A stretch of DNA of 56,823 nt, taken from positions 76,382 to 133,204 of the forward strand of contig MQRK01254223.1 in the NCBI GenBank assembly GCA_001938485.1, in the 5' to 3' direction. A program made the translations under genes and the position numbers. The stretch comes from Girardia tigrina (taxonomy: Eukaryota). The notes beneath the pieces are model-generated. The model made no database searches. It was given only the letters and a program-made list of their open reading frames with translations, and was not told the DNA's origin. This document shows positions 52,801-56,823 of this stretch, one piece after another. Each line of letters opens with the position of its first letter. Position 1 is the first letter of the stretch.

Positions 52801-54597
52801 AAATAAAACAGATATATTTAATAATAACAAAGATTTATTTGATAATAAATAAAAAACGGAAAGATCAAATGAAGAGAAATGTTTGTTTACACTTAATTTA
52901 ACACGGAATTAATCTGAATAATAATTGGAATTATTGAATACAGTTTCTTGTTGAGATAAATGGACTGGAAGGGAAACTGTACCATTTAGATGGGCGAGCA
53001 ATAAGGTACTTATTAAGGTACTTATTAAAAATTAATTCGCGGGAACGACCAAAAGAAGTACGTCTTGTACCCAATAAGTAGTGATTATACAAACGCCTGA
53101 TTCAAAGGACATTCATTTTCTACAAAGAGTAAGTTTTAAACGTCATTATTTGTTATATTTTTTTAAAAAAAATCTGTTTTGTTATTTTAAAAAGTGCAGA
53201 TTTATAAATATGTCTTTGGAAAGTGTCCGATATCAAAGCGTCACTCGTTTATTGTTAATGACAGTAAAAAGACGGAAAGAGATATTCATGAAGCTGAGTT
53301 TTATTTTAATTCCAAAAGAAGTTTATTAATCTGTTTTTGATGAAGATAATTTCAGTGAAATTGGCGAGGAAAGACAAGGGATACTAAAACCAATAGTGTA
53401 GAGTGAACGATATAGGACCACGATAGAACGAACAATCCGCTTAATCGTCTGTTAAGTTAATTCACAGTTATTATTTAATGCTACAGGAATACAACATGAA
53501 CTCCTGTTTTGCAAGACAATTTTTAAAAGTGTTAAATTACTTATTTACTGTCAAGAGAACTTGAATCTCTTTAAACATGTTGGAGAAGCTTTTGTAGAAT
53601 ATTATAACAATGGATGAAACATCTCTTTTTTGTTTTTGTACATAAAACAAGATTTGGGTTTAAATTTTAGATGCTTTCTGCATCTAAATACATAAGCCTA
53701 AATTACTTTTCTATGACTTTCGTATCAATAAAAATAATTATTCTAGATTAGTTCAACATATCAAGAAGCTGAGTAGGAAGTGTAGAGTACTAATGTAGTA
53801 CATTGTACTAATCACTGGACAATGTACCCAATCACACCAGTCAATTCTTTCGCTTTGCTCGTATATCCTTCCAACAGCAATGGTTAAGTACAATTAGAAA
53901 ATTTTCTTTTATAATGTAAACTAATTCTCAAGTGTCAAACTCTTTGCTACAAAAGAATATTTACATAATATCGTTTCAAATTAATTTTGTCCAACAGTTG
54001 TCTGAACTTATTGGGGAAGTTTTTAAGTGGCCTGTTGTGAACTTAAAAAATACGCTTATATAGCTTAAAATGTATATGAGAAGTGATGGTTTGTTAGTTG
54101 CGTAATGATGACCGACAATATGTAAGTAACCTTTTTTGAAAAAGTCAGTTGTTCTGGGAATGACCGTCAAACCGACGAAATTAATAAATACAATAATAAT
54201 TTTTGTTTGGCTTACTAATTTTAATTTCAATAATATTTAATGTATTTAATAATTACAATCTTTAATAATACTTTGTCCTGCAAAATTATAACTATTACAT
54301 TTTTATCATCATTTTATTATTATTATAAATGATTTTTTATTGTTTGAATTTCAAGTAAAAATAAAATAAAGTTACTAGTTCATAAAAAAACCTTACTGGT
54401 ATTATAATCAACAGATTGTAGGAATTCCACTGTCAATTTAATATCATTCTCAATCCAATGGGATTCTTGCTCTAACTGAGAGGATATTTCTAGAGACAAA
54501 ACCTTTTGTCGACCTTTCACCAACTGATTCTCAAGATACGACCATCTTTCATCAAGTTCTTCAAAAAGTTGTTCAATCTCATCTGTATTTTCACCAT
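24316..54597 (-). CDS. Dys: Dystrophin/utrophin-family gene, central spectrin-repeat rod region (partial; 15 exons, open at both ends)
   Basis: Fifteen GT-AG-bounded exons splice in compatible phase into one stop-free frame of about 925 codons with periodic Trp-containing helical repeats. Segments such as VQSVEKRVTQMTVWIDDTSNLLKSRITADLLGADMPEEFE, YSRPADFEPRLDNLKREV and YVYDLGKILAERKEIEFPERFSQQLDGLKKRYYNL match the remembered invertebrate dystrophin rod pattern (..LQSRLDADILAGDVP.E.., RPADFDPKL..VKR, VEYVIKTGRQIVEKKQ.DFP). No CH, WW, EF or ZZ domains were recognised in the window. Confidence 0.9.
26953..27108 (-). CDS. Dys: dystrophin exon (NLLNFDSN...LKKKEE)
   Basis: tgcag acceptor and gtatta donor, phase 0/0. 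Confidence 0.8.
27157..27267 (-). CDS. Dys: dystrophin exon (ISEAEEKLTAAK...DNKE)
   Basis: Phase 0/0, flanked by 55- and 48-bp introns. Confidence 0.8.
27323..27478 (-). CDS. Dys: dystrophin exon (KFKESLISSDADLKYV...YNLLEQ)
   Basis: tttcag acceptor and gtttca donor; continues dystrophin similarity directly from the previous exon. Confidence 0.9.
28200..28830 (-). mobile_element. Degenerate mariner remnant
   Basis: LLYNDNAPAHSA and TTLDHPLYS motifs with a ...EEYFE C-terminus on the minus strand. Confidence 0.7.
30576..30911. repeat. Foldback/MITE with ~130-bp near-perfect inverted arms and a ~75-bp spacer
   Basis: 30576-30706 is the near-exact reverse complement of 30782-30911. Confidence 0.9.
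31157..31297 (+). mobile_element. Possible Helentron-associated (DINE-1/HINE-like) element 3' end; similar segment at ~5690-5930
   Basis: Internal (ACAG)n microsatellite followed by a short GC-containing terminal motif; general resemblance only. Confidence 0.4.
31330..32178 (+). mobile_element. hAT transposon remnant (ZMYM/Tip100-like), 3' part
   Basis: KLNSLNEKFGYFLDV; C-terminal ILSIEKSTIEKINFDDVIDKFAGV*ACK (hAT dimerisation-domain end); terminal tttgccccgggcaccggaaaccctag typical of hAT ends. Confidence 0.8.
32983..33156 (-). CDS. Dys: dystrophin exon (KSFRPLKDLFSRYSRPADFEPRL...TQAK)
   Basis: RPADFEP motif; ttcaag acceptor and gtgaat donor, phase 0/0. Confidence 0.92.
33260..33341. mobile_element. 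82-bp palindromic MITE with Stowaway-like termini
   Basis: ta-cttcctccgtccggaaatatggtataca...tgtataccatatttccggacggatggag-ta; TA TSD. Confidence 0.85.
33439..34590 (+). mobile_element. Non-autonomous Chapaev3 element with internal captured DNA
   Basis: Perfect CACTGGGTAACAA / TTGTTACCCAGTG termini and TAA target-site duplication (33436-38, 34591-93). 34188-34355 encodes PHLHTKLGLMKNFVKGFDKEE*CFKYLEETFPEMSAAKLREEIFVGTQI, the Chapaev3 transposase motif PPLHIKLGLMKNFVKAL...KEGIFVGPQI. Confidence 0.9.
34600..35420 (-). mobile_element. Highly degenerate mariner related to the 43206-44486 element
   Basis: Remnant peptides SVFDEER, ILITEDEVLLSMWGPETK and KINSTYYSNLITTVRQKR. Confidence 0.65.
35710..36000 (-). 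CDS. Dys: dystrophin exon (ANLRLGSLQQLLEHVQSVE...RLKLQ)
   Basis: Clearest dystrophin similarity; tttag acceptor and gtgggt donor. Confidence 0.92.
36054..36206 (-). CDS. Dys: dystrophin exon (EIERVVCDH...IIKNK)
   Basis: atcag acceptor and gtatga donor, phase 0/0. Confidence 0.85.
36255..36361 (-). CDS. Dys: dystrophin exon (SILSDEDKWLGKVDRV...ENID)
   Basis: Phase 1/0, spectrin helix-A Trp, flanked by 48-bp introns. Confidence 0.85.
36410..36572 (-). CDS. Dys: dystrophin exon (EMQNSKQAYIEKL...DVK)
   Basis: ctttag acceptor and gtaatt donor, phase 0/1, followed by a 48-bp intron. Confidence 0.85.
36800..37320 (+). mobile_element. Penelope-like retroelement 3' end (GIY-YIG C-terminus plus pLTR)
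   Basis: NFKILCSQFDNYWERVMCEALLIRSFDPKINVQ...KVFS*, followed by a hammerhead motif. Confidence 0.85.
37148..37209 (+). ncRNA. Minimal type I hammerhead ribozyme (Penelope-associated)
   Basis: CUGAUGA (37167-73), U, stem II GACGG-ucgau-CCGUC, GAAA, palindromic stem III AUUAAU, cleavage triplet AUC (37197-99); stem I GU/AC extended by guugu/acaau. Confidence 0.85.
37925..38115 (-). repeat. Diverged local duplicate of the 3' half of dystrophin exon 39062-39234 plus ~100 bp of intron
   Basis: Direct similarity to 38963-39152; WIDIITDTLGQYTNIDNIDQLDTFGQIIM vs WIEVSTDALGQYTNIDNIEQLNTFGQMVM; donor GT changed to GC. Confidence 0.9.
39062..39234 (-). CDS. Dys: dystrophin exon (DKPEEL...ISEILDWIEVSTD...GQMVM)
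   Basis: ttttag acceptor and gtaata donor, phase 1/0. Confidence 0.85.
39282..39732 (-). CDS. Dys: dystrophin exon (NQTIEFDRWLDEV...LQKKWDTL...STESL)
   Basis: Open 150-codon frame with spectrin Trp motifs; gtgagg donor, followed by a 47-bp intron. Confidence 0.9.
39781..39963 (-). CDS. Dys: dystrophin exon (DLLIKYENQL...RSLQWK)
   Basis: attag acceptor and gtataa donor, phase 0/0, followed by a 48-bp intron. Confidence 0.85.
40094..41300 (-). mobile_element. Full-length mariner (cecropia-type DD34D), inactivated, spans an N gap
   Basis: TIRs ttaggttggtcgaaagataatggcggtttt / aaaaccatcattatttttcgaccaacctaa with TA TSD; VTCDEKWILYDN, WW and HPPYSPDL motifs; deletion after SPDL. Confidence 0.95.
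43206..44486 (+). mobile_element. Full-length mariner (irritans-like DD34D) with ~90-bp TIRs
   Basis: TA TSD; inverted repeats at 43206-43296 and 44394-44486. Transposase 43361-44393 (TMDE, FWDANG, QDNTPIH..34 aa..PYSPDLAQSD) is broken by two frameshifts and a TAG. Confidence 0.95.
45115..45269 (-). CDS. Dys: dystrophin exon (EHEQIKMRNTL...ESIKYR)
   Basis: gacag acceptor and gtactt donor, phase 1/0. Confidence 0.8.
45659..45976. repeat. Older foldback/MITE with ~88-bp imperfect inverted arms
   Basis: 45659-45746 vs 45889-45976 (taggttactgatt / aatcagtaaccta; cattttaaaat / attttaaaatg). Confidence 0.75.
46103..46300 (-). CDS. Dys: dystrophin exon (NVAGIEKLIKNANELRNRF...QLQII)
   Basis: ttcag acceptor and gtgaga donor, phase 1/1, open helical frame. 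Confidence 0.8.
46931..46966 (+). ncRNA. Hammerhead ribozyme motif in a solo Penelope-type pLTR (~46760-47060)
   Basis: gac-CUGAAGA-U-GCC-ugugaa-GGU-GAAAC-aa-GUU-guc: intact core with gac/guc stem I. Confidence 0.7.
48770..49545. repeat. Degenerate direct duplication (~200-bp blocks about 530 bp apart)
   Basis: ccaaatatat..aatagttgaatgaa..tcggactt..tgtacagaaaca..aaacaaa.gtccattattatta occurs near 48790-48915 and again near 49320-49445. Confidence 0.8.
49168..49217. repeat. (TA)n microsatellite (others near 4865-4896, 9998-10018, 22040-22195, 27938-27972, 41896-42006, 49758-49803)
   Basis: Directly visible dinucleotide runs. Confidence 0.95.
49835..50130 (-). mobile_element. Penelope-like 3' end with a degenerate hammerhead (49835-49890)
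   Basis: IKILNNFDTNYERIIAEALLIKHHKPCLNVQG...KVF*, then CUGAAGA-U-GCC-gaaau-AGU-GAAACGCGUGUA flanked by uuuauuuca / ugaauaaa. Confidence 0.8.
50620..51410 (+). mobile_element. Highly degenerate mariner remnant
   Basis: VMDDAVLKKMFEANPRLTTGKI HTH-region peptide plus residual downstream motifs; boundaries approximate. Confidence 0.55.
52463..52501 (+). ncRNA. Degenerate Penelope-type hammerhead (G8>A core change)
   Basis: ugc-CUGAUAA-U-GGUGAAuauUCCGCU-GAAAUAUAUA-gca with palindromic stem III AUAUAU and stem I ugc/gca. Confidence 0.6.
53080..54060 (+). mobile_element. Old degenerate copy of the 43206-44486 mariner family
   Basis: MSLESVRYQSVTRLLLM vs MSFQNVPYQSVIRFLLM; shared ctgtttttgatgaaga, aatattataacaatggatgaa, agaagctgagtaggaag and tttgctacaaaagaa blocks. 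Confidence 0.8.
54397..54597 (-). CDS. Dys: dystrophin exon (DGENTDEIEQLFEELDERWSYLENQL...VDYNT)
   Basis: tttcag acceptor and gtaagg donor, phase 1/1, open frame with an L..L..RW..L spectrin helix; splices in frame to exon 46103-46300. Confidence 0.8.
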
Positions 54598-55524
54598 CTG
54601 AAATACAAAGACTTTGTTAAGTATTATCCGATAATTTATTTTATCGCGTTAATGAAATTAGCATTCTATATATGACATAGTAATTCTTAAGTCTCTGTTG
54701 GATGTATTTGTTTTAAAATTAAGTATGTATTTTGCGATGTTTCTTAAAAAAAAGTCGAATTGTTGAAAAGTTCGAAAACGGTGATTTTTTCAAAACGCAA
54801 TTTCAAATTCTCAATCAAGCTGCATTATTGATCATTTACAACAAATAAATATTAAATCGATCTTTTTAATTCGAGCAGTTTAATTTAATTAATTTTAATT
54901 CGTGTTTTGGGAATAAAAAAAATTAAAAGAAAAATTATTTTTTGTTGAAAGTCGACGAAAAATTATTTGGAAAAATAAAATCAAATTTTTGTCTACATTT
55001 AATCGATTGATCGCCAATCGTAAATTGTAATATTATTGATTAATTCCAAATATTTAAATTTGTTTAACTGCACCAATTGAATCAATTTGTTGTTGACGTA
55101 AATTAAGGGCAATCGGTTCGATTGTGTGAAATCGCATCAAAACAGATTTAATTGAATTAAAACTCAGTGAAATCGTTGATAAATAAATCGATCAAGATAA
55201 TTTATATTGTATGCCTCTCATTTGATAATTGCGATTGATCAATAGTAAAAATCATTTATTTGTTCCAATAAACCGAATCGATAAAAATTTTGTGTGGAAA
55301 ATTTTCCCCTAATTTTAATTGATAGATAAATAATCGATATAAAATTACGGAAAATTTCTCTCAGGGAAATCGAATTCGACCTCTAATTCAAATTCAAAGT
55401 CCAATCGAGTTGAGAGCGATCGACCTTTTTCCTATTTTTTTCTTGTTCAAATATGAATTTTTTTCGAGCGAAAAGATTTTTTCAATAAATTTTTTTCGGA
55501 TTAGTTTTTAAAAATTCAAATAAT

Positions 55525-56662
55525 ATGAGTACAATTATTTCATATAATGATTTCATTTCCTCGCGAAAAATGATTTTTAATTCCGATAAACCGAAATGGT
55601 TAATTATCGGCAATGAATCGTCCGATATGGACAGTATTGTTTCCAGTTTAGTTTAGGGATTTTACAAGAATTTGCAATGTCACGATTCGTATAATGTCAT
55701 TCCGATTAGCCCTAATTCAGAGCAAAATGTGATGTTAAGACGTAATGTCCTCGAATGGTTGCAACGAAAGTTTGATATCGATGCCGCCAATGATTTGGTT
55801 TATTTGGATGTAATATAGATGTGTTTCGATGATTGTCGATTTTGGAAAAATGTACGAGTTGCTCTCGACCGCCATCGAGCACGGAACGAGCGGATCGCGT
55901 GTCACGTGCAAGAAATCATTGACTATCGCGAGATCAGGTGCAGATTTCCTCCAGATCAGCTCGAGACAGAGAGCATTCAGACAGTCGGTTCTTGTTCTAC
56001 GCTCGTTGCGCAGTGTGTATTGACTGATAGATCACTACCACAACTAGAGATTCTGCTGAGGCTTCTTTACGAAGCGATTCTCCTTGATACGGAATGTCTC
56101 GGTCTTAGCATTAATCGAACTACGAAAATGGACATCGGAGTGTCGAGTGAAATCGATCATTTGTTTTCCTTCAGCAAAGACCAGCGATTCGAAATTCATC
56201 AAAAAGAAGATAATTTTCATGTAACGAGTGAGAAAGTAATTTTTTATGCCCCTCGACCCGAATTCTACCTCCCAACGCCAGTGTTAAATAGATGTCCGCG
56301 ACAATGAATATTTCTCTTTGTGTCTGAATACTAATGTTTAAGAAACAATCGTTAAAAATGAATAAATAAATGTCAGTTTGATTCGAAAATTCGTATTTCA
56401 AATGAATTTGAAGGAAACAATTCTGGTCAGTCGGAAACTCTCTTTTGTTACGTTAAAAGATTATTTTCAGTTATCATTCGAGGACCAACCATCGATCTTG
56501 AATAGTTCCGCTTTGGTTAAATACTCGAGTCTCTCAAAAATGTTAGTAATTGAAAATCTCATTGATAAAATGTCACATTTAAAGTATCAACAAATGAATA
56601 TTATTTTCTGTGCTGTGATATTTCAAATTTTCTTCAAATTATTCATGAATATTATGCTCTAG
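55525..56662 (+). pseudogene. prune: PRUNE/PPX1-type DHH exopolyphosphatase copy, apparently disabled
   Basis: One frame from ATG 55525 reads IIGNESSDMDSIVSSL (prune GNE(S/A)CDLDS motif), then VQEIIDYR, VGSCSTLVA, LLYEAILLDT and T..D. In-frame TAGs occur at 55654-55656 and 55816-55818, and the catalytic DHH reads DRH. The ORF at 56378-56662 (TLKDY..., YSSL) may be DHHA2-domain remains. The 3' end is uncertain. Confidence 0.8.
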
Positions 56663-56823
56663 TGATCGATTCGTGTATTAAGAAAATATTTATGAGATCG
56701 GCATCCAACATCATTCGCTCGACAGTTTGAAGTTGACACAATGCAAGTTTGAAGTGAAATCGGCGATAACTATCTCATGGGAGTTGAACTACTTTGAGTT
56801 CGGGTACCCCCGAAGCCTTTCCG

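Noticed and set aside
55654-55818. Stop-codon reassignment or readthrough suggested by two in-frame TAGs in prune
   Set aside because: About 925 reconstructed dystrophin codons contain no in-frame TAG, and prune's catalytic DHH motif is also mutated, so pseudogenisation is the simpler explanation.

Overview
Very AT-rich eukaryotic (invertebrate animal) genomic DNA with several N gaps; the species cannot be determined from sequence alone. The backbone is the central rod (spectrin-repeat) part of a divergent dystrophin-family gene on the minus strand. I could reconstruct 15 phase-compatible exons between 54597 and 24316 (about 925 codons). The model is open at both ends, and its introns are either minimal (47-55 bp) or kilobase-sized and filled with transposons. 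The rest of the window is mostly decayed mobile DNA: many DD34D mariners (one with ~90-bp TIRs), a DD41D element, a hAT remnant, MITE/foldback elements and several Penelope-like retroelement ends carrying minimal hammerhead ribozyme motifs. Most notable are two ~1.0-1.15 kb non-autonomous Chapaev3 (CMC/CACTA-group) elements that each carry captured non-transposon DNA antisense to a transposase remnant ('Pack-Chapaev'). One cargo is the KOW-domain region of the splicing factor GPKOW/Spp2; the other is the 5' module of an unidentified family present in 4 copies in this window. A disabled PRUNE/PPX1 exopolyphosphatase copy lies antisense, apparently inside a dystrophin intron, at the right end. 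All protein assignments come from my own translation and remembered motifs, not from database searches.
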